Origin: Armatimonadota bacterium | GTDB taxonomy: Bacteria > Armatimonadota > Fervidibacteria > Fervidibacterales > Thermosaccharophagaceae | Length of the DNA: 64,000 nucleotides | Direction of reading: 5' to 3' | NCBI GenBank assembly: GCA_025062195.1 | Contig: JANXAS010000011.1 | Span: forward strand, 6,149-70,148 | Part shown: positions 19,439 through 28,615 of the stretch, in pieces | Numbering within the stretch: position 1 is the first letter of the stretch | Layout of the letters: every line of letters starts with the position of its first letter | Notes under the pieces: model-generated | What the model was told of the DNA's origin: nothing | What the model saw: the letters and a program-made list of their open reading frames with translations, nothing else | The model's database searches: none | Made by a program: the position numbers and the translations under genes

Positions 19439-20780
19439 ATGGCGCAAGTTATCCGTGGAGAGGTGAGCATGAGCTGGTCAATGGAGGCATATTCAAATAA
19501 GCATTCAAGGCGTCAGTTCATTAAATCATCGGCTGCCTCAGCAATTGTTTTGGGGGTGCTTAAAACAAGCGAGGCTGGTGTGAATATTGGTGGAAGTGAC
19601 ATCATACGAGTTGGCGTCATAGGTTGCGGTGGAAGAGGGATTGGCGCTGCAGTTGATGCTATGGCTGCGGACGAAGGTGTGCGTATAGTTGCACTTGCAG
19701 ACTTGTTTGAGAGCCGAGTGCGTGCTGGGATGAAGCTGCTAAAAGAGCGCTATCCTAAGCAAGCCATCGTTGATGATGCTCATTGCTTTGTCGGTTTGAT
19801 GCATGCAAGCATGTGATTGAATGCAGCGATGTTGTCCTAATTGCATGCGCTTCAAAGTTTCACCCGCTTCATGTGCGCGCTGCTGTTGAGTCCGGCAAAC
19901 ATGTCTTTGTTGAAAAGCCACCAGCGATAGACCCGGCAGGGATTAAAATGCTTGCCGAAGCTTGCGTTTAGCCAAGAGGAAAGGGCTTTGCATTGTCTCA
20001 GGTCTGCAAAGCCGCTATCACACTGGGTATCGTGAAGCTGTTCAGAGAGTGCATGATGGTGCTATTGGTGACATCGTGGCAATTGAGGAAAATTTTCTCC
20101 GCTCACCTTACGGAGTTGTGCACCGCCAACCATGGATGAATGAGTTGCAATTCCAGCTGATGAATTGGTATCATTTCAGCTGGCTGTCGGGTGATGATGT
20201 CGTTCAATCGCTTGTTCACAACCTTGATAGAGCGACTTGGGTGCTGAGGGAACAAGCGCCAATCAGGGCGCATGGCATGGGAGGGCGTTCTGCATGGTTT
20301 GAGGAAGCCGCCGGAAATGTGTTTGACCATCACGCAGTCGTTTATGAATACGCTAATGGGGTGCGAGTTTATGCATTCTGCAGGACACAGGTCGGGTGCC
20401 ACAATGAAGTCTCAAGCAAGATATTTGGAACGAAGGGCACTTGCTACTTGACGGATATGCGCATTGAGGGCGAGAAGAAATGGCGCTATGCCGGTCCGCC
20501 ATGCAATCCATACCTTGAAGAGCACAAAGCATTGTTTAGTGCCATACGCTCCGGCAAACCAATCGTCAACGATTACATGGTGCGTTCAACGCTTGTCTCC
20601 ATAATGGGGCAAATTGCATGTTACACTGGTCAGCGCATCACATGGGAGCAAATTGAGAAGTCGGACTTCTACTATCCGCCGAAGCCTGAGGACTGCAGCT
20701 TTGAGATGGAGCCGCCGGTGAAGCCGGGGCGAGATGGTCTTTACTCGGTGCCTATACCCGGTGTTACGAAACTTATTTGA
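19439..20780 (+). pseudogene. Gfo/Idh/MocA-family oxidoreductase (Tat signal) disrupted by two frameshifts
   Basis: Three consecutive ORFs (19439-19816, 19783-19971, 19962-20780) in frames 2, 1 and 0 read as one protein: SRRQFIKS leader, VGVIGCGGRG, HVFVEKP and a C-terminal domain. The shifts lie near 19795-19797 (T run) and 19965-19970. Confidence 0.75.
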
Positions 20781-20898
20781 GTGTTAACAGGTTGTTGAGT
20801 TACAATTTGAGGCGGTGTGACTGTCACCGAACCAAACAGCGGCATGCTTGCCACATATGGTCTTCCTTCGCCGCTCATGAAAGGCAATCTACAGCCTT

Positions 20899-20963
20899 GA
20901 TGGTTCTAAACGGTCGTCGCCTGTAACTGGCGGCGCTAAATGGTGGGACTTTTGTCGCCTCGC
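20899..20963 (+). repeat. Dispersed repeat family Rep-2, copy b
   Basis: GATGGTTCTAAACGGTCG...CGTCGCC/GGCGGCG hairpin...GCTAAATGGTGGGACTTTTGTCGCCTCGC. Aligns along its length with the reverse complement of copy d. Lies 119 nt after the pseudogene stop. Confidence 0.65.
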
Positions 20964-21021
20964 TTTTAAAAGAGCAATTTGTGGCATCTTGATAAAAGTT
21001 TTTCATGGGCAGGATGTGCAT

Positions 21022-21049
21022 GTTACATTAATTTCTTGAATGGTATAAC
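21022..21049 (+). promoter_or_regulatory. Candidate sigma-70 promoter upstream of the ParB/Srx-like gene
   Basis: GTTACA - 16 nt - TATAAC, about 70 nt upstream of ATG 21122. Pattern match only. Confidence 0.25.
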
Positions 21050-21121
21050 GAGGTTCTTGCAGCTCAGCCCCTCTATCAAGCAGCCACATAGATCTGATTT
21101 TGCGGAGAGGTGAATTAGCCT

Positions 21122-22054
21122 ATGGCTAAGCAGCAAATAGTCTCAAGCAAGGAAAGGGTTGAACCAACAATTCCAGAAGATATTCAGGAGTTGGCAAAGC
21201 TGATTGAGAGCGACGGTGGGCAGGTGCTTGCCATATATCAAGAGCCATATGCGAATGCATGGCAGCTCTTTGTCATGCTGCCAATGGAAAGGGTGAAACC
21301 AACACCGTATCAGCGTGACTTATCCGACAACCATGTTGAACGCCTCGTTAATGTGATAAGGACTGTCGGGCGCTTCTTAGATCCAATTGTGGCTGTAAGA
21401 ATGCCGACGGGAGAGTATTGGACACCGAATGGAAATCACAGGCGCGCTGCACTTGAGGCTCTCGGCAAAAAGATGATACCAGCCATCCTCCTGCCCGACC
21501 AAACTGTGGCTTTTCAGATACTGGCGCTTAATACCGAGAAAGCACACAACCTAAAAGAGAAGTCACTTGAGGTCATACGCATGTATCGTGGTTTGATTGA
21601 AGGGATTGTCTTAGAGGACGCTTCCGGCTTGCGCGAGATTGATATGGCATTCCAGTTTGAGGAAGCATACTATGCCACCCTCGGCTTGATTTATGAGCGC
21701 GTAAAATCATTCAGCGGTGGTCCATATACAAGCCTGTTGAGGAAGGTTGACAGATTCCTTGAGTTGCCGTTGCGAGAAGCATATGAGGTGAGAGTGGAGC
21801 GCTCACAAAAATTGAGGCAGGCAGATGAGATCGTTGTGGGAATAGTTCGCAAGTTGAAGGAGAGGGGGATAACTCACCCATTCGTCAAGCACTATGTTGT
21901 CTCACAGTGCAATCCAATTGGAAGGGCACGGAAGGTCGCAATTGAATATGATGAGGCGATTGATAAGCTGACGCGAAACCTTCAAGAGTTTGATGTTGAG
22001 GCAGTCAGGGCAGAGGATATCGCGCATGCTGCAATAGTTGGTGAAAGTGAGTAA
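21122..22054 (+). CDS. ParB/Srx (sulfiredoxin-fold) N-terminal domain protein, orphan
   Basis: 310 aa. KPTPYQRDL and NGNHRRAALEALG blocks resemble ParB/Srx catalytic-arginine motifs. The C-terminal ~200 aa are unassigned. Good SD (GGAGAGGTGA). Confidence 0.55.
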   Translation: MAKQQIVSSKERVEPTIPEDIQELAKLIESDGGQVLAIYQEPYANAWQLFVMLPMERVKPTPYQRDLSDNHVERLVNVIRTVGRFLDPIVAVRMPTGEYWTPNGNHRRAALEALGKKMIPAILLPDQTVAFQILALNTEKAHNLKEKSLEVIRMYRGLIEGIVLEDASGLREIDMAFQFEEAYYATLGLIYERVKSFSGGPYTSLLRKVDRFLELPLREAYEVRVERSQKLRQADEIVVGIVRKLKERGITHPFVKHYVVSQCNPIGRARKVAIEYDEAIDKLTRNLQEFDVEAVRAEDIAHAAIVGESE

Positions 22055-22175
22055 CCGTGCCATGTAGAGCTTTTGTGATGCGAGCACCATCAAACGCTTG
22101 TTCATGGCTCATTGTATAGCAATGATGTTGAGGCGGTTGACGGGTTGGTTAATACTGCAACGGGGTGAGAGTTGA

Positions 22176-24323
22176 ATGCACCTAATGGCAACGCCGGTGA
22201 GCAAGCTTGGTTCCCGCTTTACGCTTATCTTTGACCCATGGGCTCATCAGGTTCTTCACTCTTCTCTGGGCAGGTGGCTTGACTTTCCAACAGACCTTGC
22301 GATAGGGATTGAAAGCAATGGCATCTGCAAAGCATTGCCCTTCACAAAGCGCTTTGAGCACTTTGAAGTTGTTGAGCAAAGGTTGCGCATGTGCGGGGTG
22401 ACTTTCATCGCTCGTTCGTTGCAACTTGGGCTCGGATTGAACGCAGAAATTATTTCACCGTTCTACCCACAGGATGAGTGGACATCCCTTGCACCGGTTT
22501 TCTTTTTCAGGCTCACCATCTTTCCTGTTGAGCGCCTCTTTTGGTCATCGGCTGAGAGAGCCCAAAAGCATGGCAGGGTGTTTTTGCTTCTGCGCCGTGA
22601 TGGGTTACACATAAAACCATCTTTTGATAGGCTCAAAATTTCATACGAGGTGCCGATGACAATATGGCGTGGTGAAAGATACCGCCCTAAAAACGGGGAT
22701 GTTGGACGGGATGTGTGGCGCTGTGAGGAACGAATATTGCCCCTCTCACCCGGAGCAAAGCTCCTTGAAGACGGCGTTGAATTTGAGTTTGACCTAAGTG
22801 ATGCATCAAGGTCGCAATTTGAGCTGCTATGGTGCACATATGTTGATGAGCCAGTGCTCAGCATATTTGGCGACCCAGCCTCTTTCAAATACATCTGGCT
22901 GTTCAGCGATGTTGACTCAGTGGCACACTTTGCCAGCGCCAACCGAAACGAGATGCTTCATAAGACGGCGTTGTTTGAAAGGTTGTTTGATGAGGCATTC
23001 TTGAGCAAGTCGCAAGCTGACCTTGTAAAGTTTGCCTTCCAAAACTTTTTGCTAAACACATGGTGGGTTGTGCGTGAGGATGGCAGCGATTGGTTTAGCG
23101 TCTGGGAAGGCTCATGCCATTACCACAGCACAGTTGATGTGGAGTATAACTGTGCCCTCGTTTACTTATCGCTGTGGCATGAGTTGCTTGAAATGTTGCT
23201 CAATGAATGGTCATGCTTTGAGATGCATGACGAGGTTGGAAATTATATAGCCCATGATATGGGGTATGGGCTTGAGGTTAGCAAGCAAGCATATCCGCAC
23301 CCAATGCAGGTTGAAGAGAACTCAAACTTCATCCTAATGCTATTTTGCCTGTGGCACTGGACCGCAAATGACGAACTAATTGAGCGCCATCGTGAGTTAT
23401 GTAAACGCCTGACCGAATACTTTGAACGCAGCGATACAACTGGCAATGGCTTCCCGAATTTGGGTGTGGCTAACACAATTGACGATGCGTCCCCTGCTGT
23501 TCAATATGCTCGTGAGCAAACTTACCTTGCTGTCAAAACACTTTGCGCATGCCATGCAGCCTCAATTATGGCCGAAAAGTTGGGCGATGATGAATGGGCA
23601 TCTCAATGCCGCAGCATAGTTGACCGCATAAAAAGAACACTTGATGAGCGGGCATGGCTTGGTGACCATTACGCAGTTTGCCTTGAAAGGACTGCGGAGG
23701 GACTTGTTGATGTATGGACTGGGGAGGAATTGCATGGCGAGTTGCGCGGTTGGGATGCCTATTCAATTTACACTGCCAATGGATTGCTATATCCGCTCCT
23801 ATGCGGTGAAGTCCCGCCAGTCAATCTTGAGAGAGTGAGAGCGGATTTGGTTAACTCCTATTTAATGGCGCTTAACGAATATGGATGCACTCACACAAGC
23901 GCTGACTTGAGCAATGTCTGGGTATCGCAGAACCTGTGGCGAGATTTTGTGGCTTCATACCTTGGCGTTGACTTACCGGACAATTCCAGCCGTTACTTTG
24001 CCCTTCAAGAGCTAATGAATACTGGCATGCTCACAAAAGGCTTCATTGACACCTATTTCACGAACAACCTTTGCTTTTACCCTCGCGGCATCACCTCCAT
24101 CGGCTATCTGCTTTCGCTCTGCGGGTTGCAGATTGATAGGCGTAAGGGATTGGTTAAGCTCAAGCGATGCGCACCATACCCATGCCGCATACCATTGCTG
24201 CCGCTCGCCATTTGGAGAGAGGGCATCATACCATTCGTTGTTTACGAACTTAAGGATGGCGAAATTGTGGGGCGTATAATTGGCGAGCAAGCGCTTGTTG
24301 ATTTGAGAGTTGAATGGACTTAG
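22176..24323 (+). CDS. GH52-like glycoside hydrolase (divergent)
   Basis: 715 aa, no signal peptide. The blocks WFSVWEGSCHYHSTVDVEYN, AHDMGYG, NGFPNLG...TIDD and the C-terminal FYPRGITSIGYLL parallel conserved GH52 beta-xylosidase blocks as I recall them. Confidence 0.5.
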   Translation: MHLMATPVSKLGSRFTLIFDPWAHQVLHSSLGRWLDFPTDLAIGIESNGICKALPFTKRFEHFEVVEQRLRMCGVTFIARSLQLGLGLNAEIISPFYPQDEWTSLAPVFFFRLTIFPVERLFWSSAERAQKHGRVFLLLRRDGLHIKPSFDRLKISYEVPMTIWRGERYRPKNGDVGRDVWRCEERILPLSPGAKLLEDGVEFEFDLSDASRSQFELLWCTYVDEPVLSIFGDPASFKYIWLFSDVDSVAHFASANRNEMLHKTALFERLFDEAFLSKSQADLVKFAFQNFLLNTWWVVREDGSDWFSVWEGSCHYHSTVDVEYNCALVYLSLWHELLEMLLNEWSCFEMHDEVGNYIAHDMGYGLEVSKQAYPHPMQVEENSNFILMLFCLWHWTANDELIERHRELCKRLTEYFERSDTTGNGFPNLGVANTIDDASPAVQYAREQTYLAVKTLCACHAASIMAEKLGDDEWASQCRSIVDRIKRTLDERAWLGDHYAVCLERTAEGLVDVWTGEELHGELRGWDAYSIYTANGLLYPLLCGEVPPVNLERVRADLVNSYLMALNEYGCTHTSADLSNVWVSQNLWRDFVASYLGVDLPDNSSRYFALQELMNTGMLTKGFIDTYFTNNLCFYPRGITSIGYLLSLCGLQIDRRKGLVKLKRCAPYPCRIPLLPLAIWREGIIPFVVYELKDGEIVGRIIGEQALVDLRVEWT

Positions 24324-24396
24324 GCGATACCGTTAAGAAGCTGTGCAGCCGAATGTAGTGCCACTGTTAAGTCACCACCCCTCAAATTTTCAGTTT

Positions 24397-24495
24397 CGCT
24401 CTTAGCTCAAAAATTTGTCGGTGCACACCTGTTCATACCCCTGGGCTTTATCCAACCGTTGATAAAGAAGCAAGTGAGCGCCAAATTCATTCAAC
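24397..24495 (+). repeat. Dispersed repeat family Rep-1, copy 4 (degenerate hairpin)
   Basis: CGCTCTTAGCTCAAAAATTTG...CTGGGCTTTATCCA...AGTGAGCGCCAAATTCATTC is colinear with copy 3 (53333-53462). Confidence 0.6.
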
Positions 24496-24567
24496 AACTT
24501 ATAGGGCAATGTTCACGCCAAACATGAAAAGGTGAAATTCTGTTGAGCCAAAAGGATATGCAGGGGC

Positions 24568-24591
24568 GCCTTTGGAAAAGGCATTTTTCTT
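24568..24591 (+). terminator. Weak intrinsic-terminator-like hairpin
   Basis: GCCTTT-GGA-AAAGGC (6-bp stem) followed by ATTTTTCTT, about 245 nt downstream of the GH52-like gene. Confidence 0.25.
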
Positions 24592-24724
24592 GCGAGCTAT
24601 TGTTTCTCTGCAAAACAACACCAGTTGCGCTACTTGCAACCACTCAAAAACTAATGCGGCATAGGCATCCTGACCATGAAGGTTTTTTAGCGAGATACCT
24701 TCAAACCTTATGAAGGTTGCTAAC

Positions 24725-25672
24725 TTAAGCGGTGCCACTCGCTTTAGACCATGCCTCGTAAAAGACACGCTTTGTCGCCGCAAGCACTGTTTCCCAATCC
24801 TGCCCCTCAAGTGGCTTTATCTCAAATGTGAGCAATGGAAGTTTCGTTGGGACGCTTCTTCTGAGATACCCGCTGTAAATGAGCGCCTCTATAAAGACGC
24901 GCAGTTCTTCAACATCGTTCTCGCCGCCGGCTATCCCAAATGGCGGATGCTGGTCACCATAAAGTGGGTGACCAACCTGTTTGACGCAGTTGCCAACATG
25001 AACATGTATCAGGTGTTCTCCAAGTGTAGCCATGCAGTCCTCTGGGGTTTCATTCAGTAAAGGCAGGTGGCTTAAGTCAATGCATATTCCAAAGTTGTCC
25101 ACTTGTTCTCTAACCCTATCTGCAAGCTCAGCTGCGTCTTGACTTGGACCAATGAGGCGTTTCCGATCAACATCTCTGTCAAATGTTTCAAGCGTTATCG
25201 TCAGCGGTTTGCCGTTGCTTGGCGCTTTCTCTTGCGCATACTGACATACTGTGACGATTGTATTGGTTAGTTTGTCCAACGCTTCGCCCTTGTTTTCCTC
25301 GCCCGGATATGGTCCACTGAGCATAGCCATTATGGCTGCGCCGATTTCATAAGCTTCGTCAACAGCGCTTTTGAGTGCTTCAATTGCCTTTGAGCGTTCA
25401 ACATCATCAAGCGAGTTTGGATTGAGGTTATTCCAAAGAATGAGCGGTTGAGCCGCATAGCCGATCTCCATGTGTGCATCTTCAAGCAACTCCCTGACCC
25501 GCTTTCGTATTTGCTCATCTGGAATATGTGTCAGCTCAACCGCTTGGAAAAACTCATCATTCGCAATTATGCGAAGCGTCTCAATTGCTGCTTTTGGGTC
25601 ACGAGCTGCGTGTGGGAATGCCATGAAGTGCACTAACCCGATGTGCAAACTGCCATGCCATAGGTGTGCCAT
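24725..25672 (-). CDS. Sugar phosphate isomerase/epimerase (xylose-isomerase-like TIM barrel)
   Basis: 315 aa. ICIDLSHL and HVHVGNC metal-ligand-type blocks. SD GGAGGGGAGG. Confidence 0.7.
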   Translation of the reverse strand: MAHLWHGSLHIGLVHFMAFPHAARDPKAAIETLRIIANDEFFQAVELTHIPDEQIRKRVRELLEDAHMEIGYAAQPLILWNNLNPNSLDDVERSKAIEALKSAVDEAYEIGAAIMAMLSGPYPGEENKGEALDKLTNTIVTVCQYAQEKAPSNGKPLTITLETFDRDVDRKRLIGPSQDAAELADRVREQVDNFGICIDLSHLPLLNETPEDCMATLGEHLIHVHVGNCVKQVGHPLYGDQHPPFGIAGGENDVEELRVFIEALIYSGYLRRSVPTKLPLLTFEIKPLEGQDWETVLAATKRVFYEAWSKASGTA

Positions 25673-25881
25673 TTTCCTCCCCTCCGTTGGAAGTTATGCT
25701 CATATCACAAAATCATCCACACCAACATCGGCGGGCTAATCGTTCCACCAACTAAGCTGTGTCATACTAAATGTGACGACACTGCCTCGCTAAGGTAAAT
25801 TGAGTTTGTGTTGATTGTTGGGAGAACCCGCCTAAGATTGGTTTCAATGCAAACATCTCTGCATGTTGAGGGGGAATACAA

Positions 25882-27027
25882 ATGCGATACCGAGAGCTTG
25901 GTCAGACGGGTCTTTCTGTGTCTGTTTTGGGCTTTGGGTGTATGCGTCTGCCTAAGCTTAAGGATGATACCAAGGTAGTTGACAGAGATGCATCAGTGAG
26001 GCTCTTTCTAAGGGCTTATGAACTTGGAGTCAATTTCTTTGACACCGCATACATTTACGATGGTGGCGACAGTGAGCGTGCGTTGGGTGAATTCCTAAAG
26101 CATGTCGCAAGAGAGAAGGTAGTCATCCAGGACAAGAACCCTGTTGGGCATCAGTGGTGGCAAATTCCGGGTGATGAAGCTCCAGCATCGTTGTGGCGTA
26201 GGTGTCTTGAGGAGATGCTTGAAAGACTTGGCACTGACTACATTGATTTGTGCCTCTTCCATGACACGCAAATGGTAACCTTCCGCATACTCGTGAAAGC
26301 TCGCAATGGCTTGCTGCAGGAGGCGCTCAAAGCCAAGGAAGAGGGGTTGATAAAGCATATTGGCTTTTCGTCGCACGACACCCCTCATAACATTATCCGC
26401 ATGATTGAGATGTCAGAGGGCGCTATTGAATCCATCGTCATCCAGTATAACTTGCTTGATAGGCGCAACGAACCTGTGATTGACTATTGCCGAAGGAATG
26501 GCATCGGAGTCGCTATTATGGGACCGATTGGTGGCGGCAGGCTTATTCATCCATCCGAGGTTTATGAAAAAGCGCTCGGTGTGCACAGCACACCCGAGTT
26601 GGCGCTCAGGTTTGTGCTTTCAAATCCTGGTGTGAGCACAGCTATGTCAGGTATGAACAGCCTTGAGCAACTTGAACAAAATGCAGCCGTTGCATCAAAC
26701 ATGCAACCGCTCTCGCAACAGGAGATTGAGTTGATTGATCGGATGCAGAAAGAGAATGAACGCTTGCTAAATCTGTATTGCACTGGCTGCAACTATTGCA
26801 TGCCATGCCCAAATGGCGTGAACATACCGGCAAACTTTGCCGCGATGATAACGCTGCGTGTTCACGGTCTTAAAGAGCTTGCTATCAGACAGTATAAGGG
26901 GCTCGGCGAATCATCAGCTGAAGCTTGTGTAGGATGCGGTGAGTGCGCTGGTAAGTGCCCACAATTTATTGACATCCCAAATCGCATCAAGGAAGTGGCA
27001 GAGACATTTGCAGCCTTATGCAAGTGA
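25882..27027 (+). CDS. Aldo/keto reductase fused to a C-terminal 2x[4Fe-4S]-type ferredoxin domain (COG1453-like)
   Basis: 381 aa. MRYRELGQTGLSVSVLGFGCMRL AKR start. C-terminal CTGCNYCMPCP and CVGCGECAGKCP cluster motifs. Confidence 0.8.
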   Translation: MRYRELGQTGLSVSVLGFGCMRLPKLKDDTKVVDRDASVRLFLRAYELGVNFFDTAYIYDGGDSERALGEFLKHVAREKVVIQDKNPVGHQWWQIPGDEAPASLWRRCLEEMLERLGTDYIDLCLFHDTQMVTFRILVKARNGLLQEALKAKEEGLIKHIGFSSHDTPHNIIRMIEMSEGAIESIVIQYNLLDRRNEPVIDYCRRNGIGVAIMGPIGGGRLIHPSEVYEKALGVHSTPELALRFVLSNPGVSTAMSGMNSLEQLEQNAAVASNMQPLSQQEIELIDRMQKENERLLNLYCTGCNYCMPCPNGVNIPANFAAMITLRVHGLKELAIRQYKGLGESSAEACVGCGECAGKCPQFIDIPNRIKEVAETFAALCK

Positions 27028-27055
27028 CGCAAACACCCGTTTGAAATTGAGATTA

Positions 27056-28609
27056 TCACACCTTTCGCGAGAGCAAAGATGGTAATAGCTTGTCCAAAAG
27101 AAGGAAGGCTTCCTCCTTAGTTCTAACTCGCCCTTCGAGCTGTGCCTCCCTGACAGCATGTAATGCTTTCCCAACGATGGGACCCTGTGGTATGCCATAG
27201 CGCTTCATCACATCATGCCCACTTAGCAACTTCGGGTATGCCTGTAGCTCCTTAAGGCGTTTTTGAACTTTAATCAACTCAAGGAGAACCTTCATTTGCA
27301 TCGTCATTTCTTCAAGCGTCATATCAACACCGCGTGTTGCAAGCATATCAGCGAGCGAAACAAAGATGATGGCTGTGCCAACCTGCTCGCCAACTTTTAT
27401 CCAAAAGCGCCTCAAGGTCCTATCGGAAAGTGACTCGCCCCTGGCAAGCCACAGCGGATACATGTGCCATCTAACGGTCTGGACTATAAGATGTGTTTCC
27501 CTGTTGCTCAACCTGAGCCGCTTGCATATTTGTTCAGATGTCTCGGCACCCCTCACCTCATGCTTGAAGAAATGCAAATCGCCATCGCTGTTTCGGCTCA
27601 TCGTAAGAGGTTTTCCAACATCGTGCAGCAGAGCCGCCATTTTTAGCGCGAAGAGACGAGTGCGACGCTCAACAATCGGATTCATCTGATGCTCAATGTA
27701 TGACTTAAGTTCGCCGTGCAGCGCCACTCCTATGTCTCTCCATTCTTCCTCAATCCAGTCTGTGCCGCTGATGAGCATCTCAATGAACCTGACCGACTCA
27801 ACTGAGTGCCTGAAACCATCAAGGTGATGATAGCCTCCTGCGGGGATGCACTTCAAACTTTCAAGCTCCGGAAGCACTTTTCCAAGCAAACCAACTTCAT
27901 CCATCATCCCGAGCATGCGAGAGCCATTATAGCTTTGAAGCATGGATGCAAACTCATCTCGTATCCGTTCCCATGAGCAATTCGCTATGAGGCTGCTATT
28001 AGCTTCAATGGCGCTGAGCAGGCTTTCATCTATCTTGAATCCGAGAGTGGCAGCGAAGCGAAAAGCCCGTAACATACGCACCGGGTCATCCAGAATCAAC
28101 TTGGATTCAATTCCGCTGTGCATCCTGATAACGCCACGAATTAAATCATCGTAGCATGATGAGGCATCTGGGAATTGTAAGGTGGCTTTGGTGGAGTTCT
28201 TTGCTCGCCTTATGGTCTCAATCGGTATTGCTAATGAGTTTATAGTGAAGTCTCGGCTTAATAGGTCATCTTCAATGGAGGTCTTGATGCCAGTTATATC
28301 AAGCTGCAATTGTTCATTGTTGTATCGCTTTACAATCCTCGCTATCTTTGGCTCTTCATGCAATGATACAAACTTGCCACCAATGGCACTTGCAAGCGCT
28401 GTGCCATATTCGTATGGATCGCCGCTCACCGCTATATCCATGTCATCCGAGACAGTGCCCAAGATCATATCCCGGACAAACCCGCCGGCTATATATGCCC
28501 TCATATTCAGCTGCTTTGCAACCGAGCCGGCACAAGCTATAGCGTTCCAATGTCTTTCAGGTAGCTTAATGAGTGTGACGCTCATTGTGCGCAATCCCAT
28601 TCGTTTCAT
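27056..28609 (-). CDS. CCA-adding enzyme / poly(A) polymerase family nucleotidyltransferase with HD domain
   Basis: 517 aa. GGFVRD...DMDI nucleotidyltransferase head, RDFTINS, and LLHDVGKP HD domain. Confidence 0.8.
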   Translation of the reverse strand: MKRMGLRTMSVTLIKLPERHWNAIACAGSVAKQLNMRAYIAGGFVRDMILGTVSDDMDIAVSGDPYEYGTALASAIGGKFVSLHEEPKIARIVKRYNNEQLQLDITGIKTSIEDDLLSRDFTINSLAIPIETIRRAKNSTKATLQFPDASSCYDDLIRGVIRMHSGIESKLILDDPVRMLRAFRFAATLGFKIDESLLSAIEANSSLIANCSWERIRDEFASMLQSYNGSRMLGMMDEVGLLGKVLPELESLKCIPAGGYHHLDGFRHSVESVRFIEMLISGTDWIEEEWRDIGVALHGELKSYIEHQMNPIVERRTRLFALKMAALLHDVGKPLTMSRNSDGDLHFFKHEVRGAETSEQICKRLRLSNRETHLIVQTVRWHMYPLWLARGESLSDRTLRRFWIKVGEQVGTAIIFVSLADMLATRGVDMTLEEMTMQMKVLLELIKVQKRLKELQAYPKLLSGHDVMKRYGIPQGPIVGKALHAVREAQLEGRVRTKEEAFLLLDKLLPSLLSRKV

Positions 28610-28615
28610 TCACCC

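Noticed and set aside
20941-20958. On the reverse strand the Rep-2 core reads GACAAAAGTCCCACC, which recalls the RNase P RNA GGAAAGUCC box.
   Set aside because: No other RNase P conserved regions flank it, and the same core occurs in at least four dispersed copies. It is a repeat, not rnpB.
24499-24810. 103-aa minus-strand ORF in the GH52/TIM-barrel convergent gap.
   Set aside because: It overlaps the 3' end of the TIM-barrel gene, has no SD and has implausible composition.
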